A DNA stretch of 64,000 nucleotides. It comes from an uncultured Gammaproteobacteria bacterium. Its GTDB lineage: Bacteria; Patescibacteriota; Patescibacteriia; UBA2591; UBA6264. How positions within the stretch are numbered: position 1 is the stretch's first letter; each line of letters starts with the position of its first letter. Positions 48,746-58,581 of this stretch are shown here, in pieces. Made by a program: the position numbers and the translations under genes. A model generated the notes under the pieces. It searched no databases, had not been told where the DNA came from, and was given only the letters and a program-made list of their open reading frames with translations. Location of the stretch: the NCBI GenBank assembly GCA_964596735.1, contig CAZQVF010000006.1:24152-88151 (forward strand). The letters are read 5' to 3'.

Positions 48746-49444
48746 TTGAAAGTGAAAAAAACAAAAAAAAGTACAGTTTCTAAAAGAGTAGAAATTGCCC
48801 AGTTAATTGATCATACCAATGTTAGTCCTGTCGCTACAACAGCGGATATTGAAAAACTTTGTCAGGAAGCACAGGAATATAGTTTTTATTCAGTTTGTTT
48901 AACGCCCAAACGAGTTGCTTTGGCAAGGAAATTCTTAAAAAAGACATCAATTAAAATAGTTTGTGTTATTGGGTTTCCGCATGGAACCCCAACTAGGCAA
49001 GCCAAGGTTCTAGAAACACAAGCGGCTATTAATAATGGTGCAGACGAGATAGATTTGACAATAGACTTGGGAGCATTTAAAGATAAAAATTATCAACTTG
49101 TTTTTCAAGAAATGAAAGCAGTTGTTAGGGCAGCTAAAACAAAACCAGTTAAAAGTATTTTAGAAATAGGTTGTTTAACTGAGAAGGAGCTTAGAAAGGC
49201 ATGTCAAATAGCTGAGAAAGCGGGAGTTCAATTTATTAAAACCAGCACAGGTTATGGCCCTCGAAATGTAAAAGAAAGCGATATTAGGTTGATCAAGCAA
49301 ATTGTTAAAGGGAAAATGAAAATTAAGGCTTCAGGCGGAATTAAGACCTACGTAGAAGCTTGTTTAATGGTTAAGGCAGGAGCTGATCGTATTGGTAGTC
49401 GAGCAGGAGTTGAAATGATAAAGATGGCTAATAAAATAAAATAA
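48746..49444 (+). CDS. deoC: deoxyribose-phosphate aldolase
   Basis: IDHTNVSP.. and VCLTP motifs, KASGGIKT Schiff-base region. Confidence 0.85.
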   Translation: MKVKKTKKSTVSKRVEIAQLIDHTNVSPVATTADIEKLCQEAQEYSFYSVCLTPKRVALARKFLKKTSIKIVCVIGFPHGTPTRQAKVLETQAAINNGADEIDLTIDLGAFKDKNYQLVFQEMKAVVRAAKTKPVKSILEIGCLTEKELRKACQIAEKAGVQFIKTSTGYGPRNVKESDIRLIKQIVKGKMKIKASGGIKTYVEACLMVKAGADRIGSRAGVEMIKMANKIK

Positions 49445-49449
49445 TCTTA

Positions 49450-50943
49450 ATGAAGATATTATTCGTTGCATCAGAGGCTCATCCAATTTTAAAGGTGGGA
49501 GGAATAGCTGACGTAGTTGGCTCTTTAACTAAAGAGATAAAAAAGAGCGGACATGATGTTAGGGTTGCTATGCCCTTTTATCAACCCTTAAAAGACAAGA
49601 AAATAACCCCTTTAGATAAAATCGCATCTTTACAAATAGAATTCAATAAAACGTCTGAGAGGATAAATATTTTTGAAACGTTTATACCGGGGACGGAAAA
49701 ACAAACAGACGTACCAGTTTATTTATTTGAAAACAATCAATATTTAAGCGACAAAGGTGTTTATTTAGACACTAAAAGTTTTTTGTACCTGAAAAGATTT
49801 CTGTTTTTTTCTCAAGCAGTATTACAGATGTTTCCAGTCCTTAACTGGAAGCCTGATATTATTCATTGTCATGATTGGCAGTCTGGACTAATTCCTGTCC
49901 TTTTAAAGATAAAACAAAATTCTGCTAAAAATGATTTATCAATTAAAACCTTATTTACTGTCCATAATCTTCTTATTCAAGGACGCTGGAATTATACCCA
50001 AGTTTTAAAATGTCTGAATCTAAAAGGAAATGAAATTCCGTCCTTGTCTCAAAAAATGAAAGGTCTTTACGGAGAAGATTTTAATGTTTTACAGCAGGCA
50101 ATTTTAAATTCTGATTTAATTAATGTAGTTAGTCCTGGATATGCTAATGAAATTAAGACAGATTCTTATTATGCTCGTGGACTGGAAAATGTTATTCAAA
50201 AAAGAAAAAAGGATTTAACCGGTATTCTTAATGGAATTGATACAGATTTTTTCAATCCTGAGACAGATCAATTTATAAAAAGAACTTATTCGATCAAAAA
50301 ATTAGATCTTAAAAACCTTAATAAACTAGACTTGCAAAAGAAAGCTGGTCTTAAACAAGATGTAGAGATTCCTTTGTTTTCTATGATATCTCGGCTAGAC
50401 GTTCAAAAAGGAGTAGATTTGGTTTCTCAGGCAGTTGATGAAATTGTTAACATGGGGGGACAGATTATTTTTCTAGGCACTGGCCAAAAGGAATATGAAA
50501 TAACATTAGAAAAGGCGAGCAAAAAACACCTTGGTCAAGTTGCTACTTATATTAAATTTGATCAAGCTCTGGCTCAACAAATTTATGCTGGAGCCGACAT
50601 CTTTCTAATGCCTTCGCGTTTTGAGCCCTGTGGCTTGTCTCAATTAATTGCTATGCGTTATGGAACTATTCCTATAGTTAGAGCAACCGGGGGTCTGCGC
50701 GATACAGTAGAGAATGTAAAGATAAACAGAAGGCTATTTGGGCTAATAAAACAGATTCAAGGAACAGGTTTTGTTTTTAATAATTTCTCTTTGCCTGAAT
50801 TTATTTCTGCCATTAAACAGGCTTTGGGGTTTTATCAAAATAAACAAAACTGGAAACGACTACAAACTAAGGTAATGAGACAGGATTTTTCTTGGTCAAA
50901 GTCTGCTCAAAAATATTTAGAATTATACGATAATTTAATTTAA
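49450..50943 (+). CDS. glgA: glycogen/starch synthase (GT5), second paralog
   Basis: KVGGIADVVGSL N-terminal signature, HCHDWQ, RFEPCGLSQ. Confidence 0.85.
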   Translation: MKILFVASEAHPILKVGGIADVVGSLTKEIKKSGHDVRVAMPFYQPLKDKKITPLDKIASLQIEFNKTSERINIFETFIPGTEKQTDVPVYLFENNQYLSDKGVYLDTKSFLYLKRFLFFSQAVLQMFPVLNWKPDIIHCHDWQSGLIPVLLKIKQNSAKNDLSIKTLFTVHNLLIQGRWNYTQVLKCLNLKGNEIPSLSQKMKGLYGEDFNVLQQAILNSDLINVVSPGYANEIKTDSYYARGLENVIQKRKKDLTGILNGIDTDFFNPETDQFIKRTYSIKKLDLKNLNKLDLQKKAGLKQDVEIPLFSMISRLDVQKGVDLVSQAVDEIVNMGGQIIFLGTGQKEYEITLEKASKKHLGQVATYIKFDQALAQQIYAGADIFLMPSRFEPCGLSQLIAMRYGTIPIVRATGGLRDTVENVKINRRLFGLIKQIQGTGFVFNNFSLPEFISAIKQALGFYQNKQNWKRLQTKVMRQDFSWSKSAQKYLELYDNLI

Positions 50944-50944
50944 A

Positions 50945-51568
50945 ATGAATATCACCTGGTATGGACAATCCTGTTTTAGGATACAAAACACTCAACAAAA
51001 TGTTTTAATTGACCCTTATAGTTCCCGACAAGCTGGTTTAAGAGGTCCTAATTTTAAATCAACAATCACGATTTTAACTAATCCAGAGGACAAAAAGGCA
51101 ATTAAAAAAGATTCTAGAGAAAGTTTTTTAGTTACAAGTCCTGGAGAATATGAGATAAGTGGCATTTTTGTTTATGGAACACCTTTTATAAGAAAAGATA
51201 AAAAATTAACTGTTTATCAAGTTGAAATAGATAATGTCAGGTTTGGTATTTTAGGAGAGATTAATTCTTCTCTTGCCAGTGAAGAGTTAGAAAGCTTAGA
51301 TGGGATTGATGTTCTGTTTGTGCCAATTGGTGGAGGAACCATGATTGGCCCGGAAAAAGCAGTAGAGATAATTAATTCAATAGAGCCAAGGATTATTATA
51401 CCCTGTTGTTATCAGATTCCTAAAATTAAAATAAAATTGGGCTCACTCGAAAAATTTCTGGGAGAAATGGGAATAAAGAAGATAGAAAAATTGCCCAAAC
51501 TAATCTTGCGTAAAAAAGACTTATCTTCTGAAGAGACAAGAATGGTTGTTTTAGAACCAAGGGGGTAG
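50945..51568 (+). CDS. MBL-fold metallo-hydrolase-like protein
   Basis: N-terminal ITWYGQSCFRI resembles the beta-lactamase-fold family. Confidence 0.45.
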   Translation: MNITWYGQSCFRIQNTQQNVLIDPYSSRQAGLRGPNFKSTITILTNPEDKKAIKKDSRESFLVTSPGEYEISGIFVYGTPFIRKDKKLTVYQVEIDNVRFGILGEINSSLASEELESLDGIDVLFVPIGGGTMIGPEKAVEIINSIEPRIIIPCCYQIPKIKIKLGSLEKFLGEMGIKKIEKLPKLILRKKDLSSEETRMVVLEPRG

Positions 51569-51604
51569 GATAAGACTTTCAAAAGGGGTTAAGTTGGAGT
51601 TTCT

Positions 51605-51877
51605 ATGAAAAAAAATTTTTTAACTTCATTAATTATTTTTATCCTGATATTTATTTTTATTATTTGGGCATTTAATTTAAAAACCATATTAGACGAGGAT
51701 GAGATTGGGAACAGCCTACAAACTCTTTTTAAACAGGCCCTTGGTGATATAAAAAATTCTTTAAAAGATATGACCGAGGGAATTAAAACATTAAGGGACG
51801 AGGATTTGCCTAAATTTTTAAATGATGAAGAAGTGCTTCGTTTAAAACAAAAGGTTTTAGAATATGAAAAAAAATAG
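51605..51877 (+). CDS. small membrane-anchored coiled-coil protein
   Basis: TM helix followed by a charged helical region; overlaps the gyrA start by 14 nt. Confidence 0.25.
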   Translation: MKKNFLTSLIIFILIFIFIIWAFNLKTILDEDEIGNSLQTLFKQALGDIKNSLKDMTEGIKTLRDEDLPKFLNDEEVLRLKQKVLEYEKK

Positions 51878-54392
51878 GAAGAAAACACAAAAAAATAAAT
51901 TTAAAAAAACAAAACTTAAAAAAGAAGAAGTTAGTTTAGTTCATGACAAAATTGAATTAATTGACCTTGAACAGGAGATGGGACGGTCTTATTTAGACTA
52001 TGCTATGAGTGTAATTGTAGCCAGGGCTTTGCCAGATGTCCGTGATGGACTTAAGCCAGTTCATCGGCGCATTCTTTATGCTATGTCTGAAATGGGATTA
52101 AAACCAAGTGCTAAGCATAGAAAGTCTGCCACAGTAGTTGGAGAAGTTCTTGGCAAATTTCATCCTCATGGAGATACTGCTGTTTATGATTCAATGGTGC
52201 GCATGGCTCAAACCTTTTCTCTGCGTTATCCCTTAATTGATGGTCAAGGAAATTGGGGCTCTTTAGAAGATGATCCAGCTGCCATGCGTTACACTGAGTG
52301 TCGATTAACCCCAATTGCTGAGGAACTTTTAATTGATATTGACCAAGAAACGGTTAATTTTGTCCCTAATTATGACGGAGCTTTAAAAGAACCCCAGGTT
52401 TTGCCAGCAAAATTACCTTGCTTGCTGCTTAACGGAGCAATGGGAATCGCTGTTGGCATGGCAACTAACATTCCCCCTCATAATTTAAATGAAGTTTGTG
52501 ATGCAGCTATTTATTTGATTGATCATTCAAAAGCAGAGATGGAAGATCTTTTTCAATTTATAAAAGGGCCAGATTTTCCTACTGGTGGGATTATTTTCGA
52601 TTCTAGTCAGATTAAACAAGTTTATGCCATTGGTAAAGGACCGATTGTTATGAGAGCAAAGACAGAAATTGTTGAAAAAAAATTAAATCAATTTGATATT
52701 GTTATTAATGAATTGCCCTATCAGGTTAACAAGGCAACTCTTCTTCAAAGAATAGCAGAACTTGTTAAAAATAAAAAACTTGATGGGATTAAAGATATCC
52801 GTGATGAATCTGACAGAGAGGGGTTAAGGATAGTAATAGAACTTAAAAGGGCAGCTTTCCCTCAAAAAATATTAAACAGACTTTTTAAATTAACTGACCT
52901 GCAACAAGTTTTTCATGTTAATATGGTTTCGCTTTCCCAGGGAATTCAGCCCAAGATTTTAGGACTAAAAGGAATGTTAGAAGAGCACATAGGACATCGC
53001 CAGATTGTTATTCGCAAACGAATAGAATATAACTTATTAAAAACCAAAGACAGGGTTCATATTTTAAAGGGACTACAAATTGCCCTTGATCATTTGGATG
53101 TTATTATTAAAATTATTAAACAATCCAGAGATCGTGAGACAGCAAAAAAGAATTTAATAAAAAAATATCGTTTGACTGAAATACAAGCCCTGGCTATTTT
53201 GGAGATGCGCCTTCATCAATTAGCTGGCCTAGAGAGGACGAAAATTAAAGATGAATTAAAAGAGAAAATTAAAAAAATAAAAGAATTAGAAGAAATTTTA
53301 GCCAAGCCAAAGATGATACTGAAGATCATTAAAAAAGAGATGAATGAATTAAAAGAAAAATACGGAGACGCTCGCAGAACTAAGGTGGTTTCTCGTGAAA
53401 TTGAAAAATTTAAAGAAGAAGATCTAATTCCAAATGAACCAACTGTAATAATCATTACTCAGGACGGTTACATTAAAAGATTAGCCCCAGAAAGCTTTAA
53501 AACTCAAGCCAGAGGAGGAAAAGGAGTAACTGGACTAGAAATAAAAGAAGAAGACAGGGTCCAGCATTTGGTCACCACCACCACCCATTCGGACCTTTTG
53601 TTTTTTACGACTCGTGGCAAGGTCTTTCAAATCAAAGCCTATGATGTGCCCCAGACACAAAGAACAGCCCGCGGCCAGTCTTTGGTTAATTTTTTAGAGA
53701 TGGCTTCGAATGAAAAAGTTTCTGTGCTTTTACCAGTTTCAGACTTAGAAAATTATAAATATTTAGTTATGGTTACGGAAAAAGGGGTGATAAAGAAAGT
53801 ACAGATCACAGATTTTGCCAATGTAAGACGTTCGGGCCTAATCGCCCTTAAATTAAAAAAAGACGATACATTACAGTGGGTTAAACCAAGTACTGGCAAG
53901 AACGAAATAGCATTAGTTTCTGCTTTAGGCCAAGCAATTAGATTTAAGGAAAAGGACATAAGAGCAATGGGAAGAACGGCGGCTGGTGTTCGAGGAATGA
54001 GACTTAAGCCAGACGATATAATTGTGGGCATGGGCATGATTTATCAGACAACTCAAACCAAGTCCTCAGAAGACAAATTATTAGTGATAACAGAAAATGG
54101 CTTTGGGAAAATGACTGGTTTAAAGAATTATCGCTTTCAACACAGGGGTGGCTCAGGGGTGAAGACTGCAAAAATAACAGAAAAAACAGGCAAGATTATT
54201 AGCGCGAGAGTAATTAATGAACAAAGATTACCTACTTTTGTTAAGGGTGACTTGTTGTTAATTTCTCGCCTTGGCCAAATTATTCGCTTGCCCTTAAAGA
54301 GTGTACCAGTCATGAGTCGTTCAACCCAAGGAGTTAGATTGATGAGATTTAAGGGGAAAAACGACAAAGTAAGTTCATCTACTTTAATCTAA
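51864..54392 (+). CDS. gyrA: DNA gyrase subunit A
   Basis: [28 protein letters not shown], catalytic Tyr region, [10 protein letters not shown] GyrA-box, beta-pinwheel C-terminal repeats. Confidence 0.9.
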   Translation: MKKNRKKTQKNKFKKTKLKKEEVSLVHDKIELIDLEQEMGRSYLDYAMSVIVARALPDVRDGLKPVHRRILYAMSEMGLKPSAKHRKSATVVGEVLGKFHPHGDTAVYDSMVRMAQTFSLRYPLIDGQGNWGSLEDDPAAMRYTECRLTPIAEELLIDIDQETVNFVPNYDGALKEPQVLPAKLPCLLLNGAMGIAVGMATNIPPHNLNEVCDAAIYLIDHSKAEMEDLFQFIKGPDFPTGGIIFDSSQIKQVYAIGKGPIVMRAKTEIVEKKLNQFDIVINELPYQVNKATLLQRIAELVKNKKLDGIKDIRDESDREGLRIVIELKRAAFPQKILNRLFKLTDLQQVFHVNMVSLSQGIQPKILGLKGMLEEHIGHRQIVIRKRIEYNLLKTKDRVHILKGLQIALDHLDVIIKIIKQSRDRETAKKNLIKKYRLTEIQALAILEMRLHQLAGLERTKIKDELKEKIKKIKELEEILAKPKMILKIIKKEMNELKEKYGDARRTKVVSREIEKFKEEDLIPNEPTVIIITQDGYIKRLAPESFKTQARGGKGVTGLEIKEEDRVQHLVTTTTHSDLLFFTTRGKVFQIKAYDVPQTQRTARGQSLVNFLEMASNEKVSVLLPVSDLENYKYLVMVTEKGVIKKVQITDFANVRRSGLIALKLKKDDTLQWVKPSTGKNEIALVSALGQAIRFKEKDIRAMGRTAAGVRGMRLKPDDIIVGMGMIYQTTQTKSSEDKLLVITENGFGKMTGLKNYRFQHRGGSGVKTAKITEKTGKIISARVINEQRLPTFVKGDLLLISRLGQIIRLPLKSVPVMSRSTQGVRLMRFKGKNDKVSSSTLI

Positions 54393-54407
54393 AGTTTTTA
54401 TAAATAT

Positions 54408-55037
54408 ATGGCAGAATTAATTCAGCAGCTTATTGATCAGGGTTATTTAAAAACCAAAAAAATCATCCAGGCTTTTAAGAAAATTAATCGTCGAGATTTT
54501 GTTTTACCTGATATGCAATCAGAATCGGGAGAAAATGTTCCTTTGACAATTGGTTATGGGCAAACAATTTCTCAACCATTGACAGTTGCCTTTATGCTAG
54601 AATTGTTAGATATTCAAGAGGGCCAAAAAATATTGGATATCGGTTCTGGCTCTGGCTGGACAACCGCCCTTTTAGCTGAAATTGTTGGACCAAAAGGAAA
54701 AGTCTTTGCCATAGAAAGAATTCAAGAGTTAAAAGACTTTGGAGAAAGTAATACCTCTAAATATAATTTTGTTAAATCAAACAGAGCTGTTTTCATGGTC
54801 GGAGACGGCACCAAAGGTTTACCAGCCCAAGCTCCTTTTGACCGAATACACGTGGCTGCAGCAGCTAATAAAATCCCCTCAACTCTATTAAAACAATTAA
54901 CAATCGGTGGAAAGTTAATTGTTCCTCAGGGAATTAATTTTCAAGACATCGTTTTGATAGAAAAAATAGAGAAAGATAAATATCAACAAGAAAAGTTTCC
55001 CGGTTTTAGTTTTGTTCCTTTAATAGGGAGTGATTAA
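54408..55037 (+). CDS. pcm: protein-L-isoaspartate O-methyltransferase
   Basis: TISQPLTVAFMLELL and LDIGSGSGW motifs. Confidence 0.75.
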   Translation: MAELIQQLIDQGYLKTKKIIQAFKKINRRDFVLPDMQSESGENVPLTIGYGQTISQPLTVAFMLELLDIQEGQKILDIGSGSGWTTALLAEIVGPKGKVFAIERIQELKDFGESNTSKYNFVKSNRAVFMVGDGTKGLPAQAPFDRIHVAAAANKIPSTLLKQLTIGGKLIVPQGINFQDIVLIEKIEKDKYQQEKFPGFSFVPLIGSD

Positions 55038-55050
55038 AAAGAATAAATAG

Positions 55051-57129
55051 ATGCTTTTGAACCAAAAAAATATTTTAATAATTAGCATTTTAGTCATCAC
55101 TTTGTTTTTAAGTGCGGTTTGTTTTTTGTTTTTTTCTCAAGAGATTGAAACCAAAAAAACAACAGAAAATTTTGTTACTGGAGAACTATTAATAAAATTG
55201 AAAAATCATTCAAAAATTTATAAACTCAAAGACCCGGGCTTTAATTTACAAGATTGGCAAACAATTGTCTTAGAGATTCCAGAGGTTGAATGGGCTGAGC
55301 CGAATTATTTATTACAAGCTAGTTATTTACCAAGTGATCCATATTATCATGAACAATGGTACTTAGATAAGGTAAAGGCCCCCCAAGCCTGGGATTTAAC
55401 TAAAGGCGGCAGTGAAGATATTATTATTGCTGTTTTAGATACAGGCGTAGACATAGACCACCCTGATTTAAAAGATAATATTTGGGTTAATTTGGATGAG
55501 CTTAAAGGTGACGGCATTGATAACGACAACAATGGTTACATAGACGATTTTAATGGTTGGGATTTTGTTCAAAATGTTCCCAATCCAAAGCCAAAATTTG
55601 ATAAAGAATATACTGAAGGAGGAATTCATCATGGGACATTGGTTTCAGGCATTGCAGCAGCAATTGGCAATAATTTAGAAGGAGTTGTTGGAGTGGCCTG
55701 GAAAAGCAAAATAATGCCTTTACGCGTGCTTAATAGTGAAGGAACAGGGAGTATAGAAGATGTTATCCAAGCAGTTAATTATGCTGTTGATAATGGAGTC
55801 AAGATTATAAATTTGAGTTTCGTGGGTACAAATAAAAGCTATTTTTTAGCAGAAGCACTTAAAGAGGCCTGGCGTAAAGGGGTTCTTATTGTCGCCGCGG
55901 CGGGAAATGAAACTACTGGCGAATCTGTCAATTTAAATGAAAACCCTAATTATCCTATTTGTCTTGATGAAGATGAAGAGAATTTTATTATTGGTGTAGC
56001 CGCAGTAGACAACACCGACCATAAAGCGCTTTTTTCTGATTATGGATCCAATTGCGTTGATATTTCTGCTCCAGGAATGAGAATCTACGGTCCATTAGTT
56101 TATAATCCTAATTATGACTTTAAAGAATATTATGGTGGCTATTGGTCAGGCACGTCAATTTCTGCTCCAATTGTATCGGGCTTAGCTGCTCTAGTTTGGT
56201 CTATTAATCCTTTATTTAGTCACAAACAGGTCCAAGATTTTATTCTAAATCAGACTGATGAGATTGATTCGATTAATCCTGATTTTGTTGGAGAATTGGG
56301 CAGAGGACGAGTTAATGTTTATAAAGCAGTTGAAAAGGCCTATAACCAACTAGGTGGAGTTCCACAAAATTATTATATTATCACTGGAGCCGGGCCAGGA
56401 GGTGGTCCTCATGTAAGGGTTTTTGATTCAGTTGGTTTACCAAAAGGCGGCTTCTTTGCTTATAATGAAGATTTTCGTGGAGGGGTTAATGTAGCTGGTG
56501 GTGATGTTGATGGCGATGGTTTAGACGAGATTATCACTGGACCAGGTAAAGGAGTGGAGTCAGAAATTAAAGTTTTTGATTTATCTGGTAATTTAAAAAA
56601 TAGTTTTGTTGTTTATCCCCCTAAGTTTTTAGGAGGGGCGAACGTAGCCGTCGGTGATGTTGATGGCGATGGTCAAGATGAAATCATCACTGGAGCTGGG
56701 CCAGGAGGTGGTCCTCATGTAAGGGTTTTTGATGGGCAGGGTAATTTTAAGTTTCATTTTTTTGCGTTTAATAAAAATTTCTTGGGTGGAGTTAATGTAG
56801 CCGTAGGAGATACAGATGCTGACAATAGAGATGAAATTATTGTAGGGGTTGCTTCTGGTGCCTCTTCTTATATCAGAGTCTTCAACGCAGAATTTCTTTT
56901 ACTTCGACTTCAATTTTTAGCTTATTCTAAAGATTTTTATCATGGAACAAACATAGCTGTAGCTGATTTTGATGGAGATCAACAAGTTGAAATTATTTCT
57001 GCGTCAGGGCCGACAACAGAACCAAGAGTAGAAATTTTTGATTCTTTGGGCAATCATTTGTCTCAGTTTTATGCCTATGTTCGTCATTTTCATGGAGGAG
57101 TTAATGTGGCAACAATGCAAGCAGAATAA
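55051..57129 (+). CDS. secreted subtilisin-like (S8) serine protease with C-terminal FG-GAP/beta-propeller repeats
   Basis: Triad motifs VLDTGVD, HGTLVSG and GTSISAPIVSG. Four to five DxDGDG..EII repeats each followed by a ..RVFD blade. Confidence 0.8.
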   Translation: MLLNQKNILIISILVITLFLSAVCFLFFSQEIETKKTTENFVTGELLIKLKNHSKIYKLKDPGFNLQDWQTIVLEIPEVEWAEPNYLLQASYLPSDPYYHEQWYLDKVKAPQAWDLTKGGSEDIIIAVLDTGVDIDHPDLKDNIWVNLDELKGDGIDNDNNGYIDDFNGWDFVQNVPNPKPKFDKEYTEGGIHHGTLVSGIAAAIGNNLEGVVGVAWKSKIMPLRVLNSEGTGSIEDVIQAVNYAVDNGVKIINLSFVGTNKSYFLAEALKEAWRKGVLIVAAAGNETTGESVNLNENPNYPICLDEDEENFIIGVAAVDNTDHKALFSDYGSNCVDISAPGMRIYGPLVYNPNYDFKEYYGGYWSGTSISAPIVSGLAALVWSINPLFSHKQVQDFILNQTDEIDSINPDFVGELGRGRVNVYKAVEKAYNQLGGVPQNYYIITGAGPGGGPHVRVFDSVGLPKGGFFAYNEDFRGGVNVAGGDVDGDGLDEIITGPGKGVESEIKVFDLSGNLKNSFVVYPPKFLGGANVAVGDVDGDGQDEIITGAGPGGGPHVRVFDGQGNFKFHFFAFNKNFLGGVNVAVGDTDADNRDEIIVGVASGASSYIRVFNAEFLLLRLQFLAYSKDFYHGTNIAVADFDGDQQVEIISASGPTTEPRVEIFDSLGNHLSQFYAYVRHFHGGVNVATMQAE

Positions 57130-57152
57130 TATATTGATATTAAATCAACTTT

Positions 57153-58076
57153 ATGTTGGCAGAGATTCGTAAAGATTATTTTTTAGACAAATATGTCATT
57201 ATTACACCTCGTCGAGCTAAACGTCCACGAGGAGTTAAAGCTAAGACAACTTTTTCTCAGGAAAAACCTTGTCCCTTTTGTCCTAAGGGTGTTGAAAAAA
57301 AATTAATTATTAAAACCTACCCTAGTTTTAAAAAAAATGAGCCATGGTCAGCCATGGTTATAAAAAATAAATATCCAATTGTTACTCTTAATAATCCAAA
57401 AGCATATGGTCAACATGAAGTTATTATTGAAACCCCAAATCATGGGAAAGAGCTTTCTCAATTGAGTCTTCAACAGATTGTAAGTCTATTAGAAGTTTTT
57501 AAGGATAGAACAAATATTTTAGCTAAGATTTCAAAAATTGATTATATACTAATTTTTAAAAATGAAGGAGGCAAAGCAGGGGCTTCTTTGGCCCATGCTC
57601 ATTGTCAAGTTTTTGCTTCAGGGATTTTACCGCCTGATTTATCAGAAGAATTCACAGCCATGCGTCAGTATCAACAAAAACATAAGCGTTGCCCTTATTG
57701 TGATATTATTAAAAAAGAGGAAAAAAGTTCAAGACGAATTTATGCTGACAGGCATATGGTTGCTTTTGCTCCTTATGCCTCGGCTTATCATTATGAGACC
57801 TGGATATTTCCCAGGAGACACATTGATAATATTATTCATTCTTCTAAACAAGAAACAGTTGCCCTAGCTGAGATTCTTAAAAAAGTCTTAAAGAAAATTT
57901 ATCAATTAGGTCTTAGTTATAACCTTTTTCTTCATCAGGTCGTTTCTAATAAAAACCAACATTTTTATTTAAAAATTCAGCCGCGGGAAGCTGTTTGGGG
58001 AGGAGTAGAACTTGGTTCAGGAATTGTTGTTAATTCCTTATCCCCTGAAAAAGCAGCGGCTTATTTAAGAAAATAA
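57153..58076 (+). CDS. galactose-1-phosphate uridylyltransferase-like HIT-superfamily protein
   Basis: CPFCP zinc motif and HAHCQV (an HxHxQ-like active site). Confidence 0.5.
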   Translation: MLAEIRKDYFLDKYVIITPRRAKRPRGVKAKTTFSQEKPCPFCPKGVEKKLIIKTYPSFKKNEPWSAMVIKNKYPIVTLNNPKAYGQHEVIIETPNHGKELSQLSLQQIVSLLEVFKDRTNILAKISKIDYILIFKNEGGKAGASLAHAHCQVFASGILPPDLSEEFTAMRQYQQKHKRCPYCDIIKKEEKSSRRIYADRHMVAFAPYASAYHYETWIFPRRHIDNIIHSSKQETVALAEILKKVLKKIYQLGLSYNLFLHQVVSNKNQHFYLKIQPREAVWGGVELGSGIVVNSLSPEKAAAYLRK

Positions 58077-58080
58077 TTTT

Positions 58081-58572
58081 ATGAAAAATTTTTGGGGTAA
58101 AATTTCAGGATTAGATAAAGAAATTTTAGAAAAAAAAGGTCAAGAAGTAACTGTTGTCTATAAAGAAAAAAGACAAAAAAGTAAGAAATCCTTATTGCGA
58201 GAAAAAAAAGAAGAGGTAGGACAGGAAGAATGGATGTCTGACACAAGTCAAGGGCAGTTGGTAGTTGATATATATGAAAAAGACGAGGCTTTAATTATTG
58301 AATCAACTATTGCTGGAGTAAAAGCTCAAGATATTGATATTACTATTGAGCCAGATTTAATTGTTATTAGAGGAGAAAGGAAAAAATCTAAGAGAGTAGA
58401 AAATAGACGATACTATTATCAAGAATGTTTCTGGGGCAAGTTCTCTCGAACGCTTGTTTTACCTTTTCCCATAAAACCTGATCAGGTCAAGGCTAATTTT
58501 AGAAATGGAATGCTAATTATTTCCTTGCCCAAGGCAGAAGAAAAAAGCAAACAAGTGCAGATCAAAGAATAA
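58081..58572 (+). CDS. Hsp20/alpha-crystallin small heat-shock protein
   Basis: Alpha-crystallin domain with I-x-I-type elements and FSRTLVLP...NGMLIISLPK. Confidence 0.85.
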   Translation: MKNFWGKISGLDKEILEKKGQEVTVVYKEKRQKSKKSLLREKKEEVGQEEWMSDTSQGQLVVDIYEKDEALIIESTIAGVKAQDIDITIEPDLIVIRGERKKSKRVENRRYYYQECFWGKFSRTLVLPFPIKPDQVKANFRNGMLIISLPKAEEKSKQVQIKE

Positions 58573-58581
58573 TGAGAAAAA

